IMG/VR virus record: IMGVR_UViG_3300047476_001329
From: a virus
Reading direction: 5' to 3' (one strand)
DNA length: 64,000 nt
Part shown: positions 47,011-57,146 of the stretch, piece after piece
How positions within the stretch are numbered: position 1 is the first letter of the stretch
How the letters are laid out: each line of letters starts with the position of its first letter
The notes under the pieces: model-generated
What the model saw: the letters and a program-made list of their open reading frames with translations, nothing else
Databases searched by the model: none
What the model was told of the DNA's origin: nothing
Position numbers and translations under genes: made by a program

Positions 47011-47811
47011 ATGGGACTTGACATTTATTTGTATCGATACGATAACTTTGAGAGAAATAGAGAACTCGAAGAAAATTACGAAAGTTATTCGGAAAAACTT
47101 TGGGCTGAAGCTGGTGAATATGAAAATTTAACTCAAGAACAGAAAGATGAAATTAGGTCTAAACTTAAAGAGTACGCGTTACCTTTAGGTTTGGATGAAT
47201 GGGGTTCTTGTGATGATGGTGTTGATATGATTGAGGAAACTCATCCCGATTATCCTGACCACTATTTTAAAATTGGTTACTTCAGAAGTTCATATAATGA
47301 AGGTGGTATTGAAAGAATCCTTAGGAATCTCGGATTATCAACTTTACATGACATCTTCAATTATGAATCGGGTGATGAATATTATTTCCAACCAAATTGG
47401 GAAGAATCTTTGGTTCGTTGTGAAGAGACAATTGAATTATTTAGACAGAAGGGAGGATATCGTGTTCATCACGTATCGGGAAATATCTTTAAACAACCTG
47501 ATGTACATTCTGAAAAAGATGCGTTAGACATTTTCTTGGAGGAACTTGAAAAAGAAAGACCTACTCGAAATGATGGGGAAAGGTATAATTATTCAAACTC
47601 CCGTGGTGAGTTTAACATGGCGGAACCAATAAAAGTATTGGCATTTATACCGGGAACATATAAAATCTTTAATAGTCAACCTTGTGTTTATGTTGTAACT
47701 GAAAGTGATAACACTTGGTACATAAACGCACTTGAGATTGTTCGCGACACTATCAAATACGTACTATCAAAAGAAAACAAAGAACAATACTACTTACATT
47801 GGTCGGGATAA
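47011..47811 (+). CDS. hypothetical protein
   Basis: 266-aa ORF. Confidence 0.4.
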   Translation: MGLDIYLYRYDNFERNRELEENYESYSEKLWAEAGEYENLTQEQKDEIRSKLKEYALPLGLDEWGSCDDGVDMIEETHPDYPDHYFKIGYFRSSYNEGGIERILRNLGLSTLHDIFNYESGDEYYFQPNWEESLVRCEETIELFRQKGGYRVHHVSGNIFKQPDVHSEKDALDIFLEELEKERPTRNDGERYNYSNSRGEFNMAEPIKVLAFIPGTYKIFNSQPCVYVVTESDNTWYINALEIVRDTIKYVLSKENKEQYYLHWSG

Positions 47812-47827
47812 AAATTAATATTTTTTT

Positions 47828-47855
47828 GGATATTCCAAAATATTAATTATATTTG
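47828..47855 (+). promoter_or_regulatory. phage promoter-like motif
   Basis: 'ggatattccaaaatattaattatatttg'. ATG at 47882. Confidence 0.45.
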
Positions 47856-47881
47856 TAATTGTAACATTTAATTTAAAAAAA

Positions 47882-48163
47882 ATGAAAACGTTTGAAGATT
47901 TGAATTTTAAACGAATCAACGAACCTCCGTTTATGGTTGGTAAGAAGGCCAGAATGATGTTTGAAAACGGATATGGTGTTTCGGTGGTTTCACACACTTT
48001 TTCATATGGTGGAAAAGACGGTATGTACGAATTAGCAGTGTTGGATTCCAATGGTGAATTAACATACAATACGTCAATCACCAATGATGTGATGGGTTAT
48101 TTGAATAGTAGCGATGTTACAAGGATTATGGAGGACGTACAAAAATTGAAAGATGGAAAATAG
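47882..48163 (+). CDS. hypothetical protein
   Basis: 93-aa ORF. Confidence 0.3.
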   Translation: MKTFEDLNFKRINEPPFMVGKKARMMFENGYGVSVVSHTFSYGGKDGMYELAVLDSNGELTYNTSITNDVMGYLNSSDVTRIMEDVQKLKDGK

Positions 48164-48237
48164 AGTATACGATAGAATTTTACACGTTCTTGCAGGTATT
48201 GCAGTGGGTTACCTATTATTTTGTGTAATTTAAAATC

Positions 48238-48501
48238 TTGATTATGGAATTAGAAAGGTTTAACAAAGCAAAGGAACTCAAAGAAAAGATTGATAGGTTA
48301 GAGAGAAAACATCATAAGTTATCCTCAGCAAAAAAATCTTGTAATTGCAGTGCATCTGTTGAATTTCTTGTTTTTGGGATTTCTAGACAAGACACAGTCC
48401 AACTGAGCAACACTGATAATATCAGAGAAATGATTGAAAGAGAAATAGTGGATGTATCGGTCGAGATAGAAAAATTAAAAATCGAATTTGAGGGGATATA
48501 A
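48238..48501 (+). CDS. hypothetical protein
   Basis: 87-aa ORF. Confidence 0.25.
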   Translation: MIMELERFNKAKELKEKIDRLERKHHKLSSAKKSCNCSASVEFLVFGISRQDTVQLSNTDNIREMIEREIVDVSVEIEKLKIEFEGI

Positions 48502-48504
48502 ACA

Positions 48505-48720
48505 ATGACACCAAAAGAGAAGGCATTAAAGGACACGATAAATAAGTTCACCAACCTATTGGATGGTCAGGTAAAATCTGGCGTCACGGTAAGAGGTATC
48601 ATCAATTACTATGAATCCAAATTGAACAATGAACCCATAGAGGTATCCAAACCGGTTGATGGTATCATGGAGAATTTCATTGAGGAGTATATAAAACAAT
48701 TCACAGACGAAGATGCGTAA
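48505..48720 (+). CDS. hypothetical protein
   Basis: 71-aa ORF. Confidence 0.25.
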   Translation: MTPKEKALKDTINKFTNLLDGQVKSGVTVRGIINYYESKLNNEPIEVSKPVDGIMENFIEEYIKQFTDEDA

Positions 48721-48904
48721 ACATTTTAATATAAAAGTACTATTACAATCAGGAACTACCCAATCTATATTGGAATACAACAGATATGATGTGGTTCGAT
48801 TTGATGTGGGTACAAATTTTTATTTGTTGATAGAAGAAGATGGTACCGAGAGTTACTTCCCAATTAACTTCTCGATTGTAAAAGAAATTGAAGATAATCG
48901 ATAA
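48713..48904 (+). CDS. hypothetical protein
   Basis: 63-aa ORF. Confidence 0.2.
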   Translation: MRKHFNIKVLLQSGTTQSILEYNRYDVVRFDVGTNFYLLIEEDGTESYFPINFSIVKEIEDNR

Positions 48905-48906
48905 TC

Positions 48907-49299
48907 ATGGAACCACAAGACCAATGGGTATTTTTCAGGGACATAGATTGGTTATGTCCAAAAAACAACAGATTCAATGTTGATACCAGAGATTTCCATT
49001 GTGGATATTATTGGAGTGACGACAAACATTCTGATTATGAAACCATAAAGAAATATCCACATTTCTTTTTCACCAAAGATGAATTGGTTACACTCTTGGA
49101 AAGATACTTTACCGAATCAGGTGGTAAAGCCGAATGGAGATACTTTTCATTGGAGGATTATAGAGATGGTTGGGATTTGAAGTATCTAAGAATTTACAGA
49201 ACGGAACTTGGTTTTGTTGTTTGTAACAGTGAACATCGAGCATTGAAAAAATCACTGTTAGATTCAAAAGTACATCAAGATTTATTACATACACATTAA
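48907..49299 (+). CDS. hypothetical protein
   Basis: 130-aa ORF. Confidence 0.3.
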   Translation: MEPQDQWVFFRDIDWLCPKNNRFNVDTRDFHCGYYWSDDKHSDYETIKKYPHFFFTKDELVTLLERYFTESGGKAEWRYFSLEDYRDGWDLKYLRIYRTELGFVVCNSEHRALKKSLLDSKVHQDLLHTH

Positions 49300-49302
49300 A
49301 CA

Positions 49303-49782
49303 ATGAAGTATCTAGGACAAAATGAATTAGGACAAGAAGTTTTCCATAATCAACCACCAGAAGTTGATTGGGCGGGTGTTGATTATGATGGGGAACTAAA
49401 TTTTGGTATTGCAATCAACCCGAGGTATACATGGGCTTCCGAAGTTTGGAGGGGTTATGAAAAAATTGGTGAGTCCGTTGAGAATAGTGGTTACAAGGCA
49501 CTAACTCAAGTTATGAGAATTAACCAACCCCAAGATTTGGTGGAAACCAAACAATCAATTACTCTTGAAGACTTGAAAGATTTTGATGTGTGGAAATCTT
49601 GGAAACACGATGAGGTTACATTGGAACCGCTCTATACTGAAAAAGAGGTTGATAGAATTTTGGATACCCAAAGAGGAAACTCTTTCGTGGCAGTTCTTGA
49701 TAAAACAAATGATACAAAAATTTCGTCCTTAGCGAGTAACGCACCGGAACCGTGGGGATGGAGAAAAAGTAAAAAACAATGA
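49303..49782 (+). CDS. hypothetical protein
   Basis: 159-aa ORF. Confidence 0.35.
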   Translation: MKYLGQNELGQEVFHNQPPEVDWAGVDYDGELNFGIAINPRYTWASEVWRGYEKIGESVENSGYKALTQVMRINQPQDLVETKQSITLEDLKDFDVWKSWKHDEVTLEPLYTEKEVDRILDTQRGNSFVAVLDKTNDTKISSLASNAPEPWGWRKSKKQ

Positions 49783-50237
49783 TGTTAAAAGAAAAAATAC
49801 AAGAATCGTTTTTAATTGCTTTCAAAGCAAAAGATGAAACTGCAAAATCTGCATTGAGTAGCATCAAAGCAGCAATCACTATTGCAGAAAAACAAGATGG
49901 TTTAGGTGACTTATCAGATGATAATGTAATCAAACTAATAAATAAGGCAATCAAACAACGTGAAGAATCTCAAAAGATTTACGAAGATGCTGGTAGAGAT
50001 GAGTTGGCTCGTAAAGAATGTGATGAAGCATCTGTCCTTCGTGCATTCTTACCAAAACAAATGACACCTCAAGAAATCACCGATGCACTTACTGAAATTA
50101 TTCAAGGATTCTCAGGTGTTGTTACCAACCCACAAGTGTTGATTGGTAAATCAATCGGAGAGTTTAATAAAAGACACCAAGGTAAAGCGGACATTGGTAC
50201 CGTTAAGGAAATTGTAACTAAATTAGTACAATCATGA
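49779..50237 (+). CDS. GatB/YqeY-domain protein
   Basis: 'LKEKIQESFLIAFKAKDE...ALSSIKAAI...KQREESQKIYEDAGRDELARKE...LRAFLPKQMTPQEI' follows the YqeY family pattern throughout. Confidence 0.6.
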   Translation: MMLKEKIQESFLIAFKAKDETAKSALSSIKAAITIAEKQDGLGDLSDDNVIKLINKAIKQREESQKIYEDAGRDELARKECDEASVLRAFLPKQMTPQEITDALTEIIQGFSGVVTNPQVLIGKSIGEFNKRHQGKADIGTVKEIVTKLVQS

Positions 50238-50695
50238 TGTTAAACATAGAATTGTCCGATATGTCGGACTTAATGAGAAGTATTTCAGAGTATGAATACC
50301 TAGCAAACACATTCCCACAACTAACTAGTGGTGATGACAGAGAAAGATTGGTTAAGTTTTGGAATGAGAAGATTGTTAAAAGAGAAACCTCAACCCAAAT
50401 GACCCAAGAAGAATATAGATATTGGAAAGAGATTAATTTCCATATGATTAAACAAACATGGGGAAACACTTCAGGTGGTTGGCAAGGTATCGGTGGTTCA
50501 GCAATGACATCCACATATACTGTAATCATTGAGAATGTTTGGTATGGTCTTGTTTGTATCTATTACAATGGTAAGTTAGCATACATTTGTGAGATGGATG
50601 AGAAGTATAACAATTACATGAGAAAAAATTACAGAGGGTTACCAGGTCATGGTGATTGTAGAGAAAAATTAACCGTACTTTATAAATCAAGATGA
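50234..50695 (+). CDS. hypothetical protein
   Basis: 153-aa ORF. Confidence 0.3.
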   Translation: MMLNIELSDMSDLMRSISEYEYLANTFPQLTSGDDRERLVKFWNEKIVKRETSTQMTQEEYRYWKEINFHMIKQTWGNTSGGWQGIGGSAMTSTYTVIIENVWYGLVCIYYNGKLAYICEMDEKYNNYMRKNYRGLPGHGDCREKLTVLYKSR

Positions 50696-50964
50696 GAAAA
50701 TTTGTACTAATTGGTATAATACTATTTGGTATTATGTCATGTAATGATGAACAGGATACGACCACACAAACAACAACGGAATCAATTCCCAATGATGTGA
50801 TGACGTTCCATTATGGAAATGTTGATGAATACCGAATCCAAGAGATTGATGGGTGTGAGTACATTGTTATCAATGGTAGAGCTAATGAACAACCGGCATT
50901 AACCCACAAAGGAAACTGTAAGTATTGTTTGGAAAGAAACAAAAAACAAGAAGAGGAATATTAA
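50692..50964 (+). CDS. small secreted/lipoprotein
   Basis: 'LIGIILFGIMSCNDEQD' has a lipobox. Confidence 0.3.
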   Translation: MRKFVLIGIILFGIMSCNDEQDTTTQTTTESIPNDVMTFHYGNVDEYRIQEIDGCEYIVINGRANEQPALTHKGNCKYCLERNKKQEEEY

Positions 50965-50965
50965 T

Positions 50966-51250
50966 ATGAAAAGATTATTCTTATACCTTCTTAGAAGGTA
51001 CAGCAACACCGAAGCTCAACGAATGGAAATCTACCGTGAGTTGTGGTATAATACCAAAGACGAATATAACGAACAAACTTCGTTTGGTAACGTGTACAAT
51101 ATGAACATTGAGGTTCTTATGTCCAATCCATTCTTTGAAAGTAGGGTATTGTTAGGTGAGGATGAACATTTGAAAATGTTGAAACAAGGATTAGCAGATT
51201 CATTCGATGAGAGTGTCGAATTCGTTTTAAAAGAGAGTGGTAAAATTTAA
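50966..51250 (+). CDS. hypothetical protein
   Basis: 94-aa ORF. Confidence 0.3.
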   Translation: MKRLFLYLLRRYSNTEAQRMEIYRELWYNTKDEYNEQTSFGNVYNMNIEVLMSNPFFESRVLLGEDEHLKMLKQGLADSFDESVEFVLKESGKI

Positions 51251-51261
51251 ATTAAAACAAT

Positions 51262-51444
51262 ATGGGTTTTTTTTCAAACATTATTAGTGCCACAATTAAG
51301 ACAGCGCTCACACCGGTGGCGGTGGTTAAGGATGTTGTTAATGTTGTCACGGGAAACGAGGCGGACACAACTAAGAATTTACTTGAGAGTGCAAAGGATG
51401 ACGCATCTGATGCTCTTGATGATTTGGTTGACGGAGAAGTTTAA
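51262..51444 (+). CDS. hypothetical small protein
   Basis: 60-aa ORF. Confidence 0.2.
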   Translation: MGFFSNIISATIKTALTPVAVVKDVVNVVTGNEADTTKNLLESAKDDASDALDDLVDGEV

Positions 51445-51449
51445 ACATT

Positions 51450-52088
51450 ATGGGATATAGAAACTACTTAGGTTCTCTACCAAAGAGAGAATACAACAAA
51501 ATCAAAAGCATGACCTTACAGGAGTTGTATGCGTTTAAGAATGAAGAGTGGTCCGATGACCCATATGATAAACCGGGTCATGTTGGTGTGTACGATGTTG
51601 CATACAACACACACTATGAGTTAGGAAAGTATGTGGACCAATTCCCAAAGAAATTCTTCAAGACGGTATTCAAGAACAAGGAAACACAAAAACATTTTAC
51701 CGAGGAACATGATTTCTATGTGGTAGAAAAAGAATTTGTAGAAGAACTACTCAAATACTACACTGAGAAGATTCGAACATACTATAAAGATATGTTGGAA
51801 CCATTCTTTGAGGGTACGGAATCGAAAGCCGGTTTTATGAAAACCGAAGATACACCGATGACCAAAGAAGAAATCTCGGGAGTGTATAAATTGATTGACC
51901 ATGTTAGAAGTATGGCCATGGATTGGGGAGTTGCTAGTTGGTTTGATGATATGTTACCATACAACCTAACCAACCCCGATAAAGATTTCATCAGTAGTTG
52001 GAAGTATGAGTACTCAATTTTCAACTTGGTTATTCTTTATCACACTTTCGATTGGAAAAAGAATGTAATGATTTACTACGGATATTAA
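51450..52088 (+). CDS. hypothetical protein
   Basis: 212-aa ORF. Confidence 0.35.
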   Translation: MGYRNYLGSLPKREYNKIKSMTLQELYAFKNEEWSDDPYDKPGHVGVYDVAYNTHYELGKYVDQFPKKFFKTVFKNKETQKHFTEEHDFYVVEKEFVEELLKYYTEKIRTYYKDMLEPFFEGTESKAGFMKTEDTPMTKEEISGVYKLIDHVRSMAMDWGVASWFDDMLPYNLTNPDKDFISSWKYEYSIFNLVILYHTFDWKKNVMIYYGY

Positions 52089-52099
52089 AAAACACAACT

Positions 52100-52450
52100 A
52101 TGATAATTTTTACAAACCACATTACCAGAATTTACAAAAACGTAAAATTTGAAGAATACGGTTATCGTATTGGTAAGAAAAAAAAGAGAGTAGGTTGGAA
52201 ATACCTAATCATTCCAGTATATGAAAAATTCGATGCTGTTTTTCATTATTGGGATTTTGAATGTTTAGTCGAAGATTTTAATTTTGAAAATAGATTCATT
52301 GAAGGTGATAGAGTTTTTAGGGACCCATATATCACCATATATTTAAGCGACGGAAATTATGAAAAAGTATGGTTCAAAACTGAAGAGGAGTTAGACGATT
52401 ACGTAAGTGATTTAATCAGAACAAACCCAACGATTGAAATTAAGTCATGA
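52100..52450 (+). CDS. hypothetical protein
   Basis: Start moved to the internal ATG at 52100 to avoid overlap with the upstream gene. Confidence 0.3.
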   Translation: MIIFTNHITRIYKNVKFEEYGYRIGKKKKRVGWKYLIIPVYEKFDAVFHYWDFECLVEDFNFENRFIEGDRVFRDPYITIYLSDGNYEKVWFKTEEELDDYVSDLIRTNPTIEIKS

Positions 52451-52611
52451 ATGATTTTAAACTATTAGAGGGGTACACCTGTGAAATGGTTTTATTCATG
52501 ATAAGTTTAGAAGAACTCAATCGAACACTTGAAAAATGGAATGAGAGTTTAATAAAAATGAACGAATCATTAGATTCAATTAGTAAAACTCTAAGAAATT
52601 TTTAGAAAAAA

Positions 52612-52643
52612 TTTGGAATATCATAAATAATATATTATTTTTG
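52612..52643 (+). promoter_or_regulatory. phage promoter-like motif
   Basis: 'tttggaatatcataaataatatattatttttg' ends only 4 nt before the ATG at 52648 (possibly leaderless). Confidence 0.4.
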
Positions 52644-52647
52644 TTCT

Positions 52648-53217
52648 ATGGATAAGATAAAATGGGTTTTAGAACAACATAGTGGTACGAATCATATGTA
52701 CGATACGTACTTACCATATGAATTTCACTTAAGGATGGTGAATCATGTTGGTCAACAATTTAGGTATCTTTTGGATGATAGTAAAGAATACTATACACGT
52801 GAACCAATTGTGAACCCTGTGGTTCAGATATCATTGTCAAAGGCCTGTATGTTAGCAACATGGGGTCATGACTTGATTGAGGATACCCGTGTATCTTACA
52901 ACGATGTAAAAGACCATTTAGGTCAGGAAGCTGCTGATATTATCTACGCAGTCACTAACGAAAAAGGTAAGAACCGTAAAGAACGGGCTAACGAAAAATA
53001 TTACGAAGGTATTAGAAACACGCCAGGTGCGGTATTCGTTAAATTGTGTGACCGAATTGCGAACGTACAATATTCAAAGATGACAGGTAGTCGTATGTTT
53101 GAAATGTACAAAAAAGAAAATGATGAGTTTGTAACCAGACTTGGGTACCCATTCAACAATGGTCACGACTACTCAAATATGTTTGAATATTTAATTAATC
53201 TATTCATCGAAGAATAA
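52648..53217 (+). CDS. HD-domain phosphohydrolase (putative)
   Basis: 'ATWGHDLIEDT' contains the H-D...D core of HD-domain proteins. Confidence 0.4.
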   Translation: MDKIKWVLEQHSGTNHMYDTYLPYEFHLRMVNHVGQQFRYLLDDSKEYYTREPIVNPVVQISLSKACMLATWGHDLIEDTRVSYNDVKDHLGQEAADIIYAVTNEKGKNRKERANEKYYEGIRNTPGAVFVKLCDRIANVQYSKMTGSRMFEMYKKENDEFVTRLGYPFNNGHDYSNMFEYLINLFIEE

Positions 53218-53218
53218 T

Positions 53219-53512
53219 ATGGAAAAAATTATTATCCCAAGAGGTATGGGTAAAACCTACCAACTAATTAAAAGAGCGTCGAAAAGTGGTGATTACATAG
53301 TTTGTCATAACCAACATGAAGCAAGTAGAATTCAATCCATTGCATTGTCTTTAGGGTTTAAGATTAATTTTCCAATCACTTATCATGAGTTTATTGAAAA
53401 ACAATATGAGGGAAAGAACATCAGTGGATTTTTAATTGATAATGTGGAATTGTTGTTAGAGTCCCTAACCAATGTACCAATCCACACAATCACTATGTCA
53501 CACAATTCATAA
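53219..53512 (+). CDS. hypothetical protein
   Basis: 97-aa ORF. Confidence 0.3.
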   Translation: MEKIIIPRGMGKTYQLIKRASKSGDYIVCHNQHEASRIQSIALSLGFKINFPITYHEFIEKQYEGKNISGFLIDNVELLLESLTNVPIHTITMSHNS

Positions 53513-53521
53513 TTAAGTACC

Positions 53522-54094
53522 ATGAGTTTATATAACACATTATTTGGGGTAAATCCAGCAACACCATTTCTAATCGGAGCATTGGAATTGGATAAGAACG
53601 TTCCTGAAAATTGGGAAGAGAAATATGATAAAATCACAGACACTTGGGGCGAACCTGATTGGAATAGTGAGAATGGTGTGGCTTTAATGAAAGAGTGTAA
53701 GGAAAATAGATTCTACCCGACAGGTAGATTCCGTGATATCTATTTTCAAAACGAAGAAGGTAGTGAACCTAAAATCATTTTATATACTAGAAACGGTGGT
53801 GGTAACCGTGATTGGTACAGTTATGTTTTTGAATTACTATCAGAACATCCATTGTACATTCAAAATTACGATGATGATTTTGATTCAACTTACGCATATA
53901 TAGAATTTAAAGCACCACAATTGGTGGTTGATTTCTTTGATGGTGTAAAAACCGGTAAGTTGGAAACTGTCAGTGAAAAATTCCAAAGGGAAATCCAAGA
54001 TATGGAGAATGGTAAAGAACCTAACCCACAGGTAATGGAATTCATGAAGAATATTGTTGAACAAATTAATCAAAGTACTGATGTTAAAGGATAA
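53522..54094 (+). CDS. hypothetical protein
   Basis: 190-aa ORF. Confidence 0.35.
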   Translation: MSLYNTLFGVNPATPFLIGALELDKNVPENWEEKYDKITDTWGEPDWNSENGVALMKECKENRFYPTGRFRDIYFQNEEGSEPKIILYTRNGGGNRDWYSYVFELLSEHPLYIQNYDDDFDSTYAYIEFKAPQLVVDFFDGVKTGKLETVSEKFQREIQDMENGKEPNPQVMEFMKNIVEQINQSTDVKG

Positions 54095-54788
54095 TCCAAA
54101 ATACGAAACCTTTGTTAGGTCATGGTCTTCAAATGATGATTGGAGAGACCCAATTATTAAACCTATTTGTTTTCCCAATGGTTGGGTCGCATCAACCAAC
54201 TCTTACAAACTATTGTGGGTTTATGACCCTGAGTTTATTAATCGTGAAAATGTTCATGATTTCTCAAAAGGCGATGGTGCAAATGCTCTCAAAATCATGG
54301 AAGAATATAAAAAATTCTATGAAGGTGAAATGAAAGGATTTGGTAAAATTTTGGTCTCCGATATTGAGAAGGTATTTGAGGATATCAAAATGATACCTGA
54401 GTACGATAAAAAGTACAAGGATTGTTCCAACTGTGATGGATATGGAAAGGTTGAATGTGATTGTTGCGGTCACGAAACTGATTGTGATGAATGTGATGGT
54501 GAGGGTAATGTTGAATGTGGAGAAGAAGAAACAGGTGAATACAAATACCCATCAAACCATTATATAAAAATCCATGGTAATCATTTATCACTCTATGAAA
54601 TGAGGGAGGTTGTTGATTACTTGAAACAAATGGGGGTAGATGAATTGGAAATCTACTCAACCGATTCGGATATTAAAAGTCTGTTTGGAATACCGGGAGA
54701 AAAAATGTATATTTTAATCATGGGTAACATGATTGACCGAGCTTACGATGATGGATTAAAAACGTATAATGTAAATTTAAGAAAATAA
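54054..54788 (+). CDS. Cys-rich protein with DnaJ-type CxxC zinc-finger cluster
   Basis: 'CSNCDGYGKVECDCCGHETDCDECDGEGNVECG'. Start uncertain, with an alternative ATG at 54081. Confidence 0.35.
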   Translation: MLNKLIKVLMLKDNPKYETFVRSWSSNDDWRDPIIKPICFPNGWVASTNSYKLLWVYDPEFINRENVHDFSKGDGANALKIMEEYKKFYEGEMKGFGKILVSDIEKVFEDIKMIPEYDKKYKDCSNCDGYGKVECDCCGHETDCDECDGEGNVECGEEETGEYKYPSNHYIKIHGNHLSLYEMREVVDYLKQMGVDELEIYSTDSDIKSLFGIPGEKMYILIMGNMIDRAYDDGLKTYNVNLRK

Positions 54789-54792
54789 CAAC

Positions 54793-55497
54793 ATGAATAG
54801 AAAAGAAAAATTAATCAGTTCTCTAAACATTGTAATCAATGCTTTAGAAAATGACACAGCACATTACAATTGGATTAAGCAACATAGTTGCAATTGTGGA
54901 TTAGTTGCTCAAACTGTTTTGAATAATAGTCCCCATGAACTTGCCAAAAGAATTGAGAAGGAAGATATTTTCAATAGAGAGTTGTTTAAATTGAAACTAG
55001 ACAATGACAACAACACTTGGAAAAACGCCGTGAAGATGTGGTGTCCAATCGCCGGTAAACCAATGAAACAAATCTTTATTGATTTGGAGGAAGCGGGTTT
55101 ATCAAAGGAAGATATTGTTCATTTGGAGTATATGGACAACCCAGCCATTTTAAATCTATCAGGGATTTCAAAAACAAAGAAAAGTACTGAAAGAGTTAAT
55201 GCCGGCACTAAACGAATTCCGAGAACTGATTTTTGGGGAAGAGTTCTTGGTCTATCAAAATATGAAAATGTTTATGAAGACCGAGTGATTGAAGAAACTT
55301 ATAATTGGTGGTCTGAACCAAAAAACTTGGTTAAGTATTTGAAAGCGTGGGTTTCCATCTTGAAAGAAAATAGAGAATCGGTAAATGAGGTTGAGAATCT
55401 ATCTAATCAAGAACTCAATGAAAGACTACTCGTAGCAATTGCCGAAGAAGATTACGAATCCGCGGCGATGCTTCGGGACGAAATAAATAAATTGTAA
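54793..55497 (+). CDS. hypothetical protein with C-terminal UVR (UvrB/UvrC) motif
   Basis: 'LLVAIAEEDYESAAMLRDEINKL' matches the UVR motif. Confidence 0.35.
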   Translation: MNRKEKLISSLNIVINALENDTAHYNWIKQHSCNCGLVAQTVLNNSPHELAKRIEKEDIFNRELFKLKLDNDNNTWKNAVKMWCPIAGKPMKQIFIDLEEAGLSKEDIVHLEYMDNPAILNLSGISKTKKSTERVNAGTKRIPRTDFWGRVLGLSKYENVYEDRVIEETYNWWSEPKNLVKYLKAWVSILKENRESVNEVENLSNQELNERLLVAIAEEDYESAAMLRDEINKL

Positions 55498-55738
55498 AAA
55501 TATTAGTTGGTCATGTACAAATCATTCAAATTAACAAAGAGACATTCCGTGGCTTTCCACAAGTTCCGTAAGAGTGCTAAGACAATACAAACCAAAGTAC
55601 CGGCATATCATACTGGTATATGTAAGTCCACGGATGAAATAAATGGATTCGACACATATTTCTTTGTGTTGGGTACATTTAGAATGATGTGGTATGTTGA
55701 ACACAAACATAAATGTGGACATAGTCCTGGATAAAATT

Positions 55739-56074
55739 ATGGAAAAGAAATTAGGAAAAATCCAATCAGTAAGATTCGGACACGGTGGATACCAAGACGC
55801 TTGTATCGGACTATCAGTTACATTAGGTGATGGTAGTTGGGGTGTTGGTGATTTCAAGGGTACATGGGACCCTGAGATGATTAAATGTTCCGAACATTCT
55901 AAATGGACGGAAGAAGATAGAACCAATAACATTGGTGAGTCGGTTCGTTTTGTATCGAAACTTTTAAAAGAAGCAAAAGTCGATAGTGTGGAAAAACTCA
56001 AAGGTGTACCGGTTGAAGCAACATTTGATGGTAACATGTTAAAAGAATGGAGAATATTAACGGAGGTTTTATGA
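55739..56074 (+). CDS. hypothetical protein
   Basis: Start placed at 'MEKKLGKIQS'. The track ORF starts earlier at 55694. Confidence 0.3.
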   Translation: MEKKLGKIQSVRFGHGGYQDACIGLSVTLGDGSWGVGDFKGTWDPEMIKCSEHSKWTEEDRTNNIGESVRFVSKLLKEAKVDSVEKLKGVPVEATFDGNMLKEWRILTEVL

Positions 56075-56457
56075 TGAACTTTATTCTAAGTCTACAATTC
56101 ATTTTTAAACCACACTATTGGTTGATGAACAATTCATACAACAAGGAGTGGGACGAAAAATTAAATCAACTGATGGATAATTATCCAATTGAATTTGGTC
56201 CTGTTAATTCTTTGGATGGTGAGATTCATACCATTACTCTTGGTGGAAATTTGATTTGGATTGCAAATTATCCTTACGCATATGCGAGCCCATATTCTTA
56301 CACTAGAAGTGTTGATGAGATTAGACCATCAAGATTAACCATTCAGAGATTGCATAATTTGGTGAAGAGTACTAATGTCCCATTGAAAAATGATGTGGAA
56401 CCACTAATCGAATATTTTAAAAATGTGGATAAATCTTTAGATGAGAAACATAAGTGA
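56047..56457 (+). CDS. hypothetical protein
   Basis: 136-aa ORF. Confidence 0.3.
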   Translation: MENINGGFMMNFILSLQFIFKPHYWLMNNSYNKEWDEKLNQLMDNYPIEFGPVNSLDGEIHTITLGGNLIWIANYPYAYASPYSYTRSVDEIRPSRLTIQRLHNLVKSTNVPLKNDVEPLIEYFKNVDKSLDEKHK

Positions 56458-56797
56458 AACACCGGAAAATTGGGTGGTAATGAAGATTGTCATCGCAGGT
56501 CAAACTACATATAAAGTATTTGGTAGTTGGCGAGGTGGATATCTCAGCGGTGATTATTGGAGACTAAACAGTGGAATTAAAGACGTTGAGGAAGATGATG
56601 ATTATTATTACTTCAACGGATTCTCGGGTAGTTGTTACAAATGTAGTAAAAAACATTATGGTATTGCAACCACATATTGTTGGAGTATTTTTGATTCTAT
56701 GATTGAGTTAGGGATTTCAAAAGGTGCGGATGTGGAGATTATGGATAAAGATACTAACTGGTTAAATTTAAAGTCCGATGCAAATGAGAATGGCTAA
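56441..56797 (+). CDS. hypothetical protein
   Basis: 118-aa ORF. Confidence 0.3.
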   Translation: MRNISETPENWVVMKIVIAGQTTYKVFGSWRGGYLSGDYWRLNSGIKDVEEDDDYYYFNGFSGSCYKCSKKHYGIATTYCWSIFDSMIELGISKGADVEIMDKDTNWLNLKSDANENG

Positions 56798-57146
56798 AGC
56801 ACCACAGGAACATGTGGATAAGTTAAGACGTTGGATGCAATTCAACGATGAGTTGTGCAAGATTGACCCGACCAATGAGTATGAATGGGACGAGTTAAAA
56901 AAAGATTGGGAAGACGATGAGGATTTTATGCCAATCATCAAACATTGTGAGGACGACCAAGGATTTACTTGGGAATACTACATGGATTATTACCAGTCTC
57001 ACATTTCTTGGATTCACATGAGAGTAATATTTGGTTTTGAGGTGTTGGTTGATAATGTTTGTGACCCTGATTTGGATTATTTGGAGTTTAAACCTGAGAT
57101 TAAAAAATTATTGGAACAAGATGATACACCTGTGGAGACTAATTAA
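56778..57146 (+). CDS. acidic hypothetical protein
   Basis: 122-aa ORF. Confidence 0.3.
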   Translation: MQMRMAKAPQEHVDKLRRWMQFNDELCKIDPTNEYEWDELKKDWEDDEDFMPIIKHCEDDQGFTWEYYMDYYQSHISWIHMRVIFGFEVLVDNVCDPDLDYLEFKPEIKKLLEQDDTPVETN

